A stretch of 64,000 bases of DNA from an uncultured virus (IMG/VR IMGVR_UViG_3300050134_000033) (IMGVR_UViG_3300050134_000033), one strand, 5' to 3'. Positions 18,809 through 29,020 are shown, counted from the first letter of the stretch. Notes: a model not told the origin generated them from the sequence alone. Translations and numbers: made by a program.

Positions 18809-19302
18809 CCTCTGCGATAGCTGTTGTGCCGTCCCAGAGCCACACTGTTCAGTCTGGATAGGAACTTGATGGCGGGCTCGTAGTCCTTCAATGGTTCGCC
18901 TTGCGCTACCTGATCCAGTATATCAACTTCCTTCTCGAACTCCAAGTCGTTTTTGAAGCCCTTGATGAAGCCGTACCAGAACTCGTAGAATTCGTAGTCG
19001 CAGTATTCCAGATTGCGGGTCTCATCGAGGAAACTCCACGGGTCTTTTCGCTTTGGTAGGGTCTTGAGTCTCTCTCGTCGATATGAGTCGAGAAAATAAC
19101 GCAGAGTCTTCACGAGAGCCGCGTACTCTTTCCGCTGCTTGGAATCCAGCGGGAACATCTCAAGCTGCCCCGCCTTCTTGCTCTTAGACTCATACCGCTC
19201 GTCCATGATTTTGAGAAGAGGATCGTAGAGCACAACACAATGCAGGGCAAGGGTCAGGAACCCGCCGCCGCGATTATGTTCGAGTGTGCCGCAGAAGCTC
19301 AT
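18799..19302 (-). CDS. hypothetical protein
   Basis: About 167 aa ORF. Confidence 0.6.
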   Translation of the reverse strand: MSFCGTLEHNRGGGFLTLALHCVVLYDPLLKIMDERYESKSKKAGQLEMFPLDSKQRKEYAALVKTLRYFLDSYRRERLKTLPKRKDPWSFLDETRNLEYCDYEFYEFWYGFIKGFKNDLEFEKEVDILDQVAQGEPLKDYEPAIKFLSRLNSVALGRHNSYRRGCF

Positions 19303-19514
19303 GATACGGGATGCCTGTGCCCACAGTTTGGATAGCCACAGCATGGGCAATTCTTTGTAAGAAGGTCGAGAGCGGCGTCATACAGGTCCCAGCCCAAGTA
19401 TTCGCCGTGCGCCATAAGGTACTCGCGGAGATGCTCCGCTTTCCGAAGCTGTTTCATTGCGGACTCTTTCCAGTCTCGCAATTCTTCGATTTCTTGCTCT
19501 AGCGTGGTCGGCAT
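19299..19514 (-). CDS. hypothetical protein
   Basis: 71 aa, C-terminal CPCC..CGH. Confidence 0.55.
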   Translation of the reverse strand: MPTTLEQEIEELRDWKESAMKQLRKAEHLREYLMAHGEYLGWDLYDAALDLLTKNCPCCGYPNCGHRHPVS

Positions 19515-20575
19515 TACATCAACTCCTCATCTTCCGTCAGGATCAGCCGTTTGCGAGATTTCAACGTTGAAGCACCAGCCGCCATTACAGCGGCTTGCTT
19601 AGGGGCGTCATCTTCATTGAGGAAATCCGCGACTTGCTCAGGCGTGGCAAGGGGAAGCGTGACTGGTCCCGTGATCTTCACGGTATCCTTGATGGCTTCC
19701 AACGTGGGAGCTACGTTGTCTTGGAACCGAAGTACGACGGTATCTCCGGGCTCCGCTTCATCTAGTAGGTCTTGATTTGAGGTCACGACCTTGGTGGGTA
19801 GGAAACCCGGCTCGCCGACTTCAGCAAGGCCGTGGCTTGTGTCAACCAGAGACCCCACTTGCGGGCTACGGCTAACGAACGCTGGAACCTCGTCGTCAAC
19901 CTCTTCCTCTTCGATTTCCTGTGCCATGTCATCCGCACGATTGGGAGCGATACCATTGGGATTCCCCAGATGGCTTGTCCAGCTTGCGTTGGCTTGGTCC
20001 TTGCCAAGGCCGTGCTTTTCGGACTGAATCTTTTTGTGCTGGCGAGCTTCCTCGGTCAGGTGCTCCACGGAACTAATCAAGTTGTCCACCTGCACGTCCA
20101 CGTTTTCAAGCAGGCGGGAGAATTCTGACTCAGCAAGCTGCTTGACTTGGGACGGGGGGAACTTAACTTTGTGCTGCATGACCAAATAGGACGCGGCGAG
20201 GATGTACCACGCCATAAAGTCGGACCTGTACTTCTTGATCGCTCGTTCGGCGTTCTTGAGTTTGGATTGGTACTCCAGAATACGCCGCAGGATGCGGTCG
20301 CAGTCATCCAGAACCTTTTCCTGAGAAGTGGACAGACGGATGAGGTATTCGTTCTCCGTACCGGGCGGAACATCCATGTCCAGCGTGAGGACAGGAAGTG
20401 AATCAACTTCATTCTGTAACTGCATGAAGGCTTCGTCCAGTGAGATTTCATTCCCTTGGGACGAATACCGCAGATCGTGCAGAAGGTCGGTGACTTCCTT
20501 GATGACATGAGCGTCGGACCCTAGCAAGGTCTCCGCTGAGAATCCGCTGAGAATGTCGTTACTGTTGCTGCTCAT
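19514..20575 (-). CDS. coiled-coil hypothetical protein
   Basis: 353 aa, helical N-terminal half and acidic disordered C-terminal half. Confidence 0.75.
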   Translation of the reverse strand: MSSNSNDILSGFSAETLLGSDAHVIKEVTDLLHDLRYSSQGNEISLDEAFMQLQNEVDSLPVLTLDMDVPPGTENEYLIRLSTSQEKVLDDCDRILRRILEYQSKLKNAERAIKKYRSDFMAWYILAASYLVMQHKVKFPPSQVKQLAESEFSRLLENVDVQVDNLISSVEHLTEEARQHKKIQSEKHGLGKDQANASWTSHLGNPNGIAPNRADDMAQEIEEEEVDDEVPAFVSRSPQVGSLVDTSHGLAEVGEPGFLPTKVVTSNQDLLDEAEPGDTVVLRFQDNVAPTLEAIKDTVKITGPVTLPLATPEQVADFLNEDDAPKQAAVMAAGASTLKSRKRLILTEDEELM

Positions 20576-20864
20576 TTGCCTTCCTTCTCAAAAACTTACG
20601 AGCCTTTTCGATTCTTTCGGTCGTGGCGGCAAGTTGGGTTTTGAAGGTCTCCGCATCAATAACCCCTGTCGTCCAGCGGCCTGCGAGCAAGGTTTTCCAA
20701 GCGGCAAAATACAGATCGAGTCCTTGATCGACTACATCGTTTAGGTCTTCTGTGGGCTCTGGAAACTTGGCTTGCAGGTTGGTGAAGCATTTCGAGCCTG
20801 CCCCGTAGCTCGTATCGCCGAATTCTACCGAGACCGTCACACCCGTTACGCCAGCTTTGCTCAT
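20559..20864 (-). CDS. hypothetical protein
   Basis: 101 aa, SD AAGGA, preceded by an AGTATTA box. Confidence 0.65.
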   Translation of the reverse strand: MSKAGVTGVTVSVEFGDTSYGAGSKCFTNLQAKFPEPTEDLNDVVDQGLDLYFAAWKTLLAGRWTTGVIDAETFKTQLAATTERIEKARKFLRRKANEQQQ

Positions 20865-20883
20865 AATCCTTTAATACTCCAAA

Positions 20884-21027
20884 AATAGCCGAGAGGGGTC
20901 GGAACGACGCTACCAGAACAGACACGTCTGACCGAAGCTCAGGTCTTGGTGAGCAACCCCTCCTCTCGGCTCCTGCCTCGTGGCTGCGGGAACCGCCTAG
21001 CTCTCCCCTTGACAGGGCACAGGCATC
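20884..21027 (-). ncRNA. candidate structured non-coding RNA
   Basis: Intergenic; perfect 10-bp inverted repeat at 20887-20896/20962-20971 enclosing a C(UUCG)G hairpin; U-run after it; AGTATTA box at 21034-21040. Confidence 0.5.
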
Positions 21028-21721
21028 ACTCACTAATACTGGTTTTTACTTCCTGCGGCTCGAACCTTACGTCAAAGTTGAACAGGATGTCCGGGAACTT
21101 GTCCCGAAGCTTTCCCTCTCGCTCAAAAACCTTGTTCAGGGCGTCGTGATCGCGGGAGCCTACCGAGGTTGTCACCTGTACGACAATGCTGACACTGGTG
21201 TCCACATGCGTGACATTGGGGTCATATTGCTCCCCGTCACGATGCATATCGTGAGTTGCATGATGGCGTGCACGAGCCAGAAGTTGCATAAAATTGTGCA
21301 AGTCGTCTTTTGTCCAGAATTTGGGACAATCCTCGCAGCCTGCGTTCAAACAGCCCACTGGGTCAACCACCAAATCGCCAGCCTTCACCGTCTTGGGGCA
21401 ATCCTCATCGCGATTGGCTTCGGTCTGATCGACATAGCACCGCGCACAGCCCGCGTTCCCGTCTGGCTTCCCTTCCCAACTATGCTTAGTTAACTCGGGT
21501 TTCACGTATAACACTTTGTTCGCCGAGCCGTCGCTGTGTTCAAGCTGATAATGACCGCAGCCCGGGAACATGCAGTCCTGATAGCCCCACCACTCATCAC
21601 AGTCAACGAGCCGACCGTCCGGGTTCTTGAAGTAGCCGCAACACGCGGCCTCATGACCGAAAACCTGTCGGACACGGATAACGGCATTGTGCAGCGTGAT
21701 CTTAATTTTTTCTAACGTCAT
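21026..21721 (-). CDS. Cys-rich hypothetical protein
   Basis: Multiple CxxC/CxH motifs; start MTLEKIK. Confidence 0.65.
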   Translation of the reverse strand: MTLEKIKITLHNAVIRVRQVFGHEAACCGYFKNPDGRLVDCDEWWGYQDCMFPGCGHYQLEHSDGSANKVLYVKPELTKHSWEGKPDGNAGCARCYVDQTEANRDEDCPKTVKAGDLVVDPVGCLNAGCEDCPKFWTKDDLHNFMQLLARARHHATHDMHRDGEQYDPNVTHVDTSVSIVVQVTTSVGSRDHDALNKVFEREGKLRDKFPDILFNFDVRFEPQEVKTSISE

Positions 21722-21980
21722 GCTTCTCCTCGGTGAAGTGGTAATCGATTTGCTCCTGTGTGGGGTTGTCGATGGTCGTTTGACACGCACCGCAGGAAAT
21801 TTGAATGGGCAAGCCCCTTGGATGGGGCGGAATGTGCTCATCCGTGTTGAAATCAAACGCGGCAATCTGCGCGGGCGAGAGCAGATGAACGCAATACATG
21901 CAGTGCGGGCCGTCTTGCTGATTGCCGCATCCGCAGGGCTCCCAGTCTGGACAAGTACAGAATTCTTCTACATCAGCCAT
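21702..21980 (-). CDS. small Cys-rich protein
   Basis: CTC..CGC..CMYC..CGAC. Confidence 0.55.
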   Translation of the reverse strand: MADVEEFCTCPDWEPCGCGNQQDGPHCMYCVHLLSPAQIAAFDFNTDEHIPPHPRGLPIQISCGACQTTIDNPTQEQIDYHFTEEKHDVRKN

Positions 21981-23950
21981 CGTGACTCCAGTGCCTCGTC
22001 GCTCTTGGTGGTGTCTTTCTTCGTGCGGCGGTGCTTCTTGCTGCCCTTCTTCTCGAACGACATCTTGTAGTCGGTGTTTCCCTTGGCGTCGGTAATCAGA
22101 TCGCCGATAAGGAACGAACGCATCGAAGAAGTCTTGACGTGAGCCCTGAGGAGTTCCTTGAACTCTTCCTCGGTGCCGCAGTGCTCCATACCCGACTCCA
22201 TGTCGAGGAAGTCCTTGTCATCCAGAATACCTGCGGAGTGGGACTCACCCAGAATCTTCTCGAAAACACCCTTCTTACCCTTGAGAGTGTCGATGGTGTA
22301 CTCATCAATTGTACCACGGGCGACCATGACGTGCAAAGTACAAGCCGAGTGCGGGCTCGCCATCCTGACCATGCGGCCTACAAGCTGGATCAGGTCACCC
22401 CACGACCACGGAGCGTCGAGCAGGATCATGTGGGCTGCCTGCTGTAAGTTAATACCCTCCATCCCAGCAGCATTGATGACAATCAGGTCGTAGCCACTAT
22501 TGGGGTCTTGGAACAGCTTCTTGTTCTCATTGCGCTGCTTTTCGTTCTCATTGCCCGTAATGCGGAGGAACTTCCGCGATGTGAAGTGGTTATCCTTCGT
22601 CAGCCACTCAAGGCGGTCAATCCACGTCTTATATTTGGTGTAGACGATCACCTTCTCCCCACGGTAATCGCCGTCCAGCATGTCCAGCAATGCCTCTTCC
22701 TTGGGGCTCAGGGTCTTGGTGTGGTAGTCCTTCTCGTTCATCTTATCCAGCAGACACCAGTGGTTCGTGACCAATTGCTGGACGCTCAATTGGGTCATGA
22801 TATTGTCGGGATTGCGCTCCTTCTCGTAAATCTCCCCGGCGACCTTGATAATAGTTGGAGGCAATTGGATCGTCCCATTGGGCAGATCGTCGGTCAGGAT
22901 TTTGGTCTGGCGGGCGTCCAGTTCAATCGGGTGGTAAATAGTCGTCAGTTCGGGCAACGGTTCGCCGACCTGTTTCTGGGAGCGGCCAAGGAAGAAGGGG
23001 CGCATCTGCTTCTTGAAATGGGCAACATTCTTGTAGCCGTCGAGAATCTTCTTATTGCCGCCCCGCCCAGTCCATTGCTCGTGGTAGATGCAGAATTCCT
23101 CCCTGAAGTCCCCTATGAGGCCCACAGGCTCAATCCTGATGCCCGTGGCGATGTTATAGAACTCCTCCAGCCCATTCTTGATGACCGTGGCGGTCAGAGC
23201 CCAGACGCGGCCTGCGTACTTGCTCAGGTTGAAGACTAGGTTCCGGGTCGAAGAGTGCATGGTCTTGAACTTGTGGCATTCGTCGAAGACCAAGATGATG
23301 TTCTCGCGGTGCTCACGGAAGATTCTGGAGAAGTTGCGTATCTCTTCGGAAAGATGTTCTTTCTTATCCCCCATCGTGGGGAGCCCATCAGCATCGAATT
23401 CCCCCTCGATCTCTTTGCGGGTGCCGATCATCGACGAATACTTGGCGATGAGGACATCTTTCTTCTTGCCCTCAAGGAACTGCATCATCTGGGAATAACG
23501 GGCGTCGGACGAGGTAAGCCCTCGGTAGTCATCCCGCATTACATACGGGCGCAGGCGGCTGTACCGCATGACCTCTTCTTCCCATTGATAGGTGGTGGAT
23601 TTGGTGGTGACAACTACGACTTTGGCATTGTCGAATCGCTCTTTAAGCCAGCAGGCGGCGGCGATGGCGTCGAGGGTTTTGCCCAGCCCCACCGCATCCC
23701 CGCAGATGAAGCGGGGCATACGGCAGAGATGGTGTGTCATGACTTTCTGGTACTCGCGGAGTATCAGAGGCTCGGAATCCGCCTGACGGCTCAGGTCGAA
23801 TATGTTTTGACGCAGGAGATCAGGCCATTTGAACGGCACAGGTCCCTGTACTTCGACATCCCAGTGGCGAAGGAGAAAGAGCTTTTCCAGCATGGCGGGA
23901 GACAACCCCGTACTGGTGGTGTACGGTGTAATGAGGGGACATTCATCCAT
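21968..23950 (-). CDS. SNF2-family helicase/ATPase
   Basis: LREYQ, DAVGLGKT, DECH, LTAT, EGINLQQA, QLVGRMVR. Confidence 0.93.
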   Translation of the reverse strand: MDECPLITPYTTSTGLSPAMLEKLFLLRHWDVEVQGPVPFKWPDLLRQNIFDLSRQADSEPLILREYQKVMTHHLCRMPRFICGDAVGLGKTLDAIAAACWLKERFDNAKVVVVTTKSTTYQWEEEVMRYSRLRPYVMRDDYRGLTSSDARYSQMMQFLEGKKKDVLIAKYSSMIGTRKEIEGEFDADGLPTMGDKKEHLSEEIRNFSRIFREHRENIILVFDECHKFKTMHSSTRNLVFNLSKYAGRVWALTATVIKNGLEEFYNIATGIRIEPVGLIGDFREEFCIYHEQWTGRGGNKKILDGYKNVAHFKKQMRPFFLGRSQKQVGEPLPELTTIYHPIELDARQTKILTDDLPNGTIQLPPTIIKVAGEIYEKERNPDNIMTQLSVQQLVTNHWCLLDKMNEKDYHTKTLSPKEEALLDMLDGDYRGEKVIVYTKYKTWIDRLEWLTKDNHFTSRKFLRITGNENEKQRNENKKLFQDPNSGYDLIVINAAGMEGINLQQAAHMILLDAPWSWGDLIQLVGRMVRMASPHSACTLHVMVARGTIDEYTIDTLKGKKGVFEKILGESHSAGILDDKDFLDMESGMEHCGTEEEFKELLRAHVKTSSMRSFLIGDLITDAKGNTDYKMSFEKKGSKKHRRTKKDTTKSDEALESRWLM

Positions 23951-24377
23951 CGTATTTCCTCAAATAGGCGATAGCTTTTTCTAGCCAACCCATAAGTTCC
24001 AAAAAGTATAATCCCCAGTTACACCGATCACACAGTAACCCCCGCCTCTTTCCAGAAATGTGATTATGATCGACCGCCAATTTTTTCGGCCCCGATTTGT
24101 CACGTCTCAAACCATTGGGGTTGCCGCAAATGGCACAAACATGTCCCTGCTCTTGTGCGAGAGCGTTGTACTCATCGAGGGTCATGTCATGCACCTTCTT
24201 CAGGTTGTAGCCACGGTCTCGTTCTCGAAATTTCTCGGGATTCTCCTTCCTCTTTTGCTTTGCTTTTAGGTATTCCCGCTGATTGATGACTTCAGTCGGA
24301 ACCTTAGCGGGGCGGGGCTCCGTAAAGGGTCGCCCCAAACGGGCGGCGACCCCTTTACGTGTTACCCACTGACGCAT
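23943..24377 (-). CDS. endonuclease VII-like HNH endonuclease
   Basis: CAICG...LAVDHNHISGKRRGLLCDRCN. Confidence 0.88.
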   Translation of the reverse strand: MRQWVTRKGVAARLGRPFTEPRPAKVPTEVINQREYLKAKQKRKENPEKFRERDRGYNLKKVHDMTLDEYNALAQEQGHVCAICGNPNGLRRDKSGPKKLAVDHNHISGKRRGLLCDRCNWGLYFLELMGWLEKAIAYLRKYDG

Positions 24378-24614
24378 CTCTATACTGAGAAAATCGCTCA
24401 AAAGTATCGGACCCCTATAGTCTAATACTACGCACGAATCGAAATTCCTACGATGCGGTCGCTGCATTGATACGAGCAGCGGGGCCTCTTTAGCTTGATA
24501 GTCGCACCGTAGTCAGTGGTTAAGGTTGCAGAACGGGCTTTGGAATGTTCATCGAAAAGGATGTCCATGGTGCCGTCCTCGTTGCGAACAAGCTGGACGA
24601 TCTCGCTGATCCTA

Positions 24615-25466
24615 TTAGTTTTCATCAGACACCACCCCATTCGTCCCGCCGAACTTATCCATCTCGCGGCGGAATTCCTTGTTGATGAGAGTCTTGACGG
24701 CAGCACGCTGCTCCTTATCGGAAAAGGAAGCGTCCACAATGCCCAGTATCCGACCTTGCAGAGATTTGAGTGCCACAATGACAGGCCCGGATAGGTCCCC
24801 ACGTTTCCGTAGATGTCCAGCGATTGAATCGGCAATCTGCTTGCAACCCTCCTTGGACACACCCGTGTCGTGAAGCTTGATCCCGATTTGTTGCTTAGCC
24901 GAGGCGAGTTTGTTTGAGATACGCGAGAACGGATCGTCTTCGCGTTCCATCTCGTTTTCGAGGGCTCCTGCAATCTCTTCAGATTCCAAAGAAACCTCAA
25001 TAGGATCGACGAGAGCCGGGGCGTTGGGGATGTGGATATCCTCGTTCAGATCATCGGCGGTTACCGCGTCGTTGCCACTCGTGATGTCATCCAGAGCTTC
25101 GCTCAGGACGGCGCTCATGGAGGCTTCGCCTGTCAATTGCTCGGCTTGTGCCTTGGCGATTACGGCCTTGACGTGCTTGAGATTGCCGAATAGGGTGGTT
25201 GCATCTTTTCCATTACCAATGGGAAATTTGCGTAGTCCCTTGCGGACTTCGACGAGTTCGGGGGTGACCCAAATGGAGAGCTTCTTGTTCTTGTCGGACT
25301 CGAACTTGAAGGCATTGTCGCGGTCGAGATATTCCCATTCGCTCATGCGAACGGTGCCATGCAAGATGGCGACGAGGTTGTTGACGGATTGCTTTTTGCG
25401 GTTGACTTTGAGATTGCCCGAGAGTTTAGGGGCGAGTTTGGATAGTTCAACAGAAACGGTTGACAT
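24615..25466 (-). CDS. hypothetical protein
   Basis: 283 aa ORF. Confidence 0.7.
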   Translation of the reverse strand: MSTVSVELSKLAPKLSGNLKVNRKKQSVNNLVAILHGTVRMSEWEYLDRDNAFKFESDKNKKLSIWVTPELVEVRKGLRKFPIGNGKDATTLFGNLKHVKAVIAKAQAEQLTGEASMSAVLSEALDDITSGNDAVTADDLNEDIHIPNAPALVDPIEVSLESEEIAGALENEMEREDDPFSRISNKLASAKQQIGIKLHDTGVSKEGCKQIADSIAGHLRKRGDLSGPVIVALKSLQGRILGIVDASFSDKEQRAAVKTLINKEFRREMDKFGGTNGVVSDEN

Positions 25467-25557
25467 GCTGACCTCACTGTACTGGTACTTCGTTTGAATT
25501 TAACTGCACTAGGGGCATTGCCCCACTATAGAGTAATACTGGTAGTTGAGAAATTTC

Positions 25558-25863
25558 TTAGCGGGACAGGGAATCGAAAAGATCGGGCTGGGTGCGAAGC
25601 TCGTTTACCAACCAGTGAGGCATGGGGATATCGGTCAGGGCCATGGACAGATTGTAGCAGTAATGCACCACGCGATTGCCGCCGTCCGTGGTCTCCAGCG
25701 CCCAGCGGAGGAACAACCCGCGCTGTATATCGAGATGGAAGTCCATGCAGATATGCGGAGGGTCTACCACGTCGCAGAGTTCCGCCAGCGGGAAATTGTG
25801 GCGAACCAATTCTCGGGTGCCCTGATGTTCGATCTCGGTCGGGAACATGAAGAGTTCGTACAA
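25558..25863 (-). CDS. hypothetical protein
   Basis: 101 aa, SD GAGGGA. Confidence 0.5.
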   Translation of the reverse strand: MYELFMFPTEIEHQGTRELVRHNFPLAELCDVVDPPHICMDFHLDIQRGLFLRWALETTDGGNRVVHYCYNLSMALTDIPMPHWLVNELRTQPDLFDSLSR

Positions 25864-25945
25864 TGGAAGTCCCTCTAGTTAAGCAACAGGAATTTCATTT
25901 AGAAAAATTTCCAAACAACGTTAGCAATCTTCCGTATTACTAATC

Positions 25946-26449
25946 ATGGGAAAGATTTGTCCGCAATGTGAAAAAGAGGGTGAGTTCTACAAAGACTCTC
26001 ACAGTAAAGACGGGCTGAGCACCTACTGTAAGACCTGTCATCGCTCAAAAATGAACGCTCGCTACGCCGAGATCGCGGGTCAACCCGATGTTGTGGCTCG
26101 AATGAAACGAAACACCGCTAAGTGGAACGCGGAAAACAAAGAATACAAAGCAGCAACCAACGCGAAAAGAAACCGCGAAAATCGGGAACGTTGTCTGGCT
26201 CATTATGGTGGGAAATGCGAATGCTGCGGGGAGAGTAGGTACGAATTTTTAGCCATAGACCACGCTGACGGGAATGGGGCTAAACATCGAAAGAAAGACA
26301 ACTCCGCAGTTCGCATTGCAGTCTGGCTAATCAAGAACAATTTCCCAGATGGATTTCGAGTTTTGTGCCACAACTGCAATTGTGCTATAGGGTTTTATGG
26401 GTACTGCCCTCATCAATTAAACCCAGAAACTTCTCAACAATCTCATTGA
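25946..26449 (+). CDS. HNH endonuclease with N-terminal Zn finger (lone plus-strand gene in the left arm)
   Basis: CPQC..CKTC; YGGKCECCGE..LAIDH...LCHNCN; CGTATTA box 6 nt upstream. Confidence 0.88.
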   Translation: MGKICPQCEKEGEFYKDSHSKDGLSTYCKTCHRSKMNARYAEIAGQPDVVARMKRNTAKWNAENKEYKAATNAKRNRENRERCLAHYGGKCECCGESRYEFLAIDHADGNGAKHRKKDNSAVRIAVWLIKNNFPDGFRVLCHNCNCAIGFYGYCPHQLNPETSQQSH

Positions 26450-26663
26450 TGCTGTCGGCAATTTTGCGGTCGAGAGCCCCATGTTTGTCCATGAAAGCTT
26501 TGGTCGCTGGAGCGGCCTTTAGCTTGGTGGGGAAGTTCGACATGTCGCAGGTCTCCGAACAGGAGATGCAGGCGACACGGACGGGGTTGATCTTCACGCT
26601 GAGTAGGTGCCCAGCCACGTCCGACAGGTAGATGCCGACCTGCTCTTCAAGGAGGGCCTTCAC
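26385..26663 (-). CDS. hypothetical protein
   Basis: 92 aa with CISC. Confidence 0.5.
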   Translation of the reverse strand: MKALLEEQVGIYLSDVAGHLLSVKINPVRVACISCSETCDMSNFPTKLKAAPATKAFMDKHGALDRKIADSINEIVEKFLGLIDEGSTHKTL

Positions 26664-27082
26664 CAGCTTACATCCAAGACGGTCTCGTAGGTAAACCAGT
26701 TGTCGCGAGGGCTCAGGTCGGAGAGGTCAACGTTCTCTCTCTTCTTAACCCTGAACTTGAGGTCGTAGTCCAAATCTTTGAAATGAGCGATGACCTTCTT
26801 CAGTTCTGGCTTGTAAGCGAATCGTTCCCAGAAGGCTTTCTCTTCCGCCAGTTCGGGTTTGTCCTCCGACGCCAACCAAACCTCGATTGCGGACTTCCCT
26901 TTATCCACAGCCTCAGCGATGTCTTCTTCGATGCCTGAGATTTCGTTCTTGAGCCAGTTAGCCCGCCGTTCGCGCCACTCTTTGGCTTGCTTTTCAGCGC
27001 GGGCGTTGTCGGCTTCTTCGCGTTGCTGCTTGATTTCTTCGGCCCTTTTCTGGGCGGCAAGTTTTGCTTCTTTGGCTCTCAT
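26660..27082 (-). CDS. hypothetical protein (paralog of 27087-27608)
   Basis: Shared AV..G, ENV..D and T.L..W C-terminus. Confidence 0.7.
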   Translation of the reverse strand: MRAKEAKLAAQKRAEEIKQQREEADNARAEKQAKEWRERRANWLKNEISGIEEDIAEAVDKGKSAIEVWLASEDKPELAEEKAFWERFAYKPELKKVIAHFKDLDYDLKFRVKKRENVDLSDLSPRDNWFTYETVLDVSW

Positions 27083-27086
27083 GTTT

Positions 27087-27608
27087 TCACCACTTGATCG
27101 TCAGAATTGTGTCACGTGTGTAGTACGTATCCTCGGAGCCGCACTCACCGCCACTATTCAGGTAGGCGGCGGAATCATCGTGCTCCACATTCTCGCCCGT
27201 CACCACACACTTGTACCCGTCACGACGGAGCCTCGTCAACACCAGCTTGACATACTTGCCCCACGCGGCGTACTTGAGATAGCCCTCACCCCATGCATGG
27301 TAATAGCTGCGTTCAGTTTCTCCGTGATAATTCCTGCCAGAGACTTTCATGGGAAGATACTTATACCGCCCACGTAGAATATCCCTACTGTTTGAGGACA
27401 GTATGATCTGGGTACTCTTCTGTCCATCCTCGACTGCGTACCCGATATGTTCGCGGAAGTTGGCTTCAATTCCCTTGATGCGTTCAGCGCGAAGACGTGG
27501 GACGGACTCCTTGAGAGCCGCACGACGCTTCTGGAGTGCAGCAGATTTCTCGGCTGCTTCTTTCTGTGCGATGGATACTGCTTTGGATCGTGCTTGAGCA
27601 GCTTTCAT
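27087..27608 (-). CDS. hypothetical protein (paralog of 26660-27082)
   Basis: SD GGAGG; shared motifs. Confidence 0.7.
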   Translation of the reverse strand: MKAAQARSKAVSIAQKEAAEKSAALQKRRAALKESVPRLRAERIKGIEANFREHIGYAVEDGQKSTQIILSSNSRDILRGRYKYLPMKVSGRNYHGETERSYYHAWGEGYLKYAAWGKYVKLVLTRLRRDGYKCVVTGENVEHDDSAAYLNSGGECGSEDTYYTRDTILTIKW

Positions 27609-27610
27609 GA

Positions 27611-28075
27611 TTACCTCCGATGCCGATCTCGTTCGACTTCTTCGTCAATTTCCTTGATGCACGCGATGACACGTTCTTTAATCGGGCCGCAGTGATACCC
27701 CCACCTACCATCGCGATCTGGGAAGAAATTCGCCCAATCGTTAGCAAGACGGGCTTCTTTGCCCCTGCCGTACAGATACCACGCCGTGCTATAACCAGCG
27801 GGCATACCACTCTCGTTGTCACCTTCCAACCAAAAGCGGGAGACTTCGACCTTGTACGCTTCGCCACGGAAGGTAAACTTGAGTCCCTGATCGAAAGTGT
27901 ATTCAGCACCAGCCCATTCAACCAGAGGCGCGGTGACTTCGCGGAATTTGTTGCGGCAATAAAGGCGATTGCTCTCGGCGTCCGCCGCGTCCTTCTTTTC
28001 CTTGGCCGCAGCTTTCTTCTGTGCGTCCAATTCCTGCTGTTCGATTTCCAGTTCGAGTTGAGTTTTGTGGCTCAT
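27611..28075 (-). CDS. hypothetical protein
   Basis: MSHKTQ after a GGAGG SD. Confidence 0.7.
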   Translation of the reverse strand: MSHKTQLELEIEQQELDAQKKAAAKEKKDAADAESNRLYCRNKFREVTAPLVEWAGAEYTFDQGLKFTFRGEAYKVEVSRFWLEGDNESGMPAGYSTAWYLYGRGKEARLANDWANFFPDRDGRWGYHCGPIKERVIACIKEIDEEVERDRHRR

Positions 28076-28113
28076 ATCCGCCTCCAACTAACCTAACAGA
28101 TATAATACCACGT

Positions 28114-28428
28114 TTAGCGGAGTTTGAGTGCTTCTTCGACGAGAAAAACGTAGATGTCGTCCAAGTTGCTGACACCGAAGTAGGCGGCGTCATACCCCTT
28201 GCGACGAAGTTGATTGCGGACGGCGAGACCGAAATGGAAGTGTCCCTGCTTCCACCAGTTGATGGGGTCCTTGGCATAGTCTGCGCGTATCTCGGGCGAC
28301 ACGGGCTCTAGCAATGAGGTCAGGAGGGCGAGGGCGGCGTCCTTGATTGAACCGGGGATCGTATCGTAGACTTCGCGGCTTTCCAGTATGGCTACACTCA
28401 TATCCTGATGACCTTCCGTAACTGGCAT
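28114..28428 (-). CDS. hypothetical protein
   Basis: 104 aa ORF. Confidence 0.55.
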   Translation of the reverse strand: MPVTEGHQDMSVAILESREVYDTIPGSIKDAALALLTSLLEPVSPEIRADYAKDPINWWKQGHFHFGLAVRNQLRRKGYDAAYFGVSNLDDIYVFLVEEALKLR

Positions 28429-28760
28429 GGGTCAGCGGTGCCGATGCACGTGGCGTCATCCTGTGGCGGCTGAGGCGGTCGTGGATGGGGCATGGCACGA
28501 GTCGGACTCTGGGTGAATGGATCGAAGAACGGAGGATCGGTGTTTGCAGGCGGACCAAACGTGAACGGCGACGAGTGCCGCCCACCTATGTAAATGTCAG
28601 GATTTTGAAATGTGGGGGAGGGTTTAGCGGCCTGAGCCTTTTCCACCATGATGCCGTGAACAGACAGACCAAGGTAGCCGAGCGAGAACCCAATCACGAT
28701 GCAGAGTAGCGCGACTTTAATCGCTTGCCTCATAGTTTGGACTATTCGTCTTCGTTCCAA
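28398..28760 (-). CDS. membrane-anchored Pro-rich protein
   Basis: N-terminal hydrophobic helix. Confidence 0.5.
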   Translation of the reverse strand: MERRRIVQTMRQAIKVALLCIVIGFSLGYLGLSVHGIMVEKAQAAKPSPTFQNPDIYIGGRHSSPFTFGPPANTDPPFFDPFTQSPTRAMPHPRPPQPPQDDATCIGTADPCQLRKVIRI

Positions 28761-29020
28761 AAATCGGGGTCAATCTCGTCCCGGCTCGAACGACGCATCC
28801 TGCCGTGGTCATCGATCTCAAGTTCTTGGATCGTGTCTTCGTCCTCTTCGGACTCCTCGTCTGGTTCCTCGTCACGAGGAACTTCGTACTGCCCGGGTTC
28901 GTCGATGCCTTCGCCAAGGTCTCGCCAATCGAGCCTGTCGTCGGCAGCGTCGTCGGCGTTCGCACGTCGAGACTTACGGCGTGGACGCTCTTCCTCGTTG
29001 TAGTCGTCGAAAAATCCCAT
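28742..29020 (-). CDS. highly acidic small protein
   Basis: D/E-rich 92 aa. Confidence 0.6.
   Translation of the reverse strand: MGFFDDYNEEERPRRKSRRANADDAADDRLDWRDLGEGIDEPGQYEVPRDEEPDEESEEDEDTIQELEIDDHGRMRRSSRDEIDPDFWNEDE

Noticed and set aside
20884..21027. SRP RNA or cobalamin riboswitch
   Set aside because: Only short partial resemblances; the SRP GGAA helix motif and the B12 box are not present
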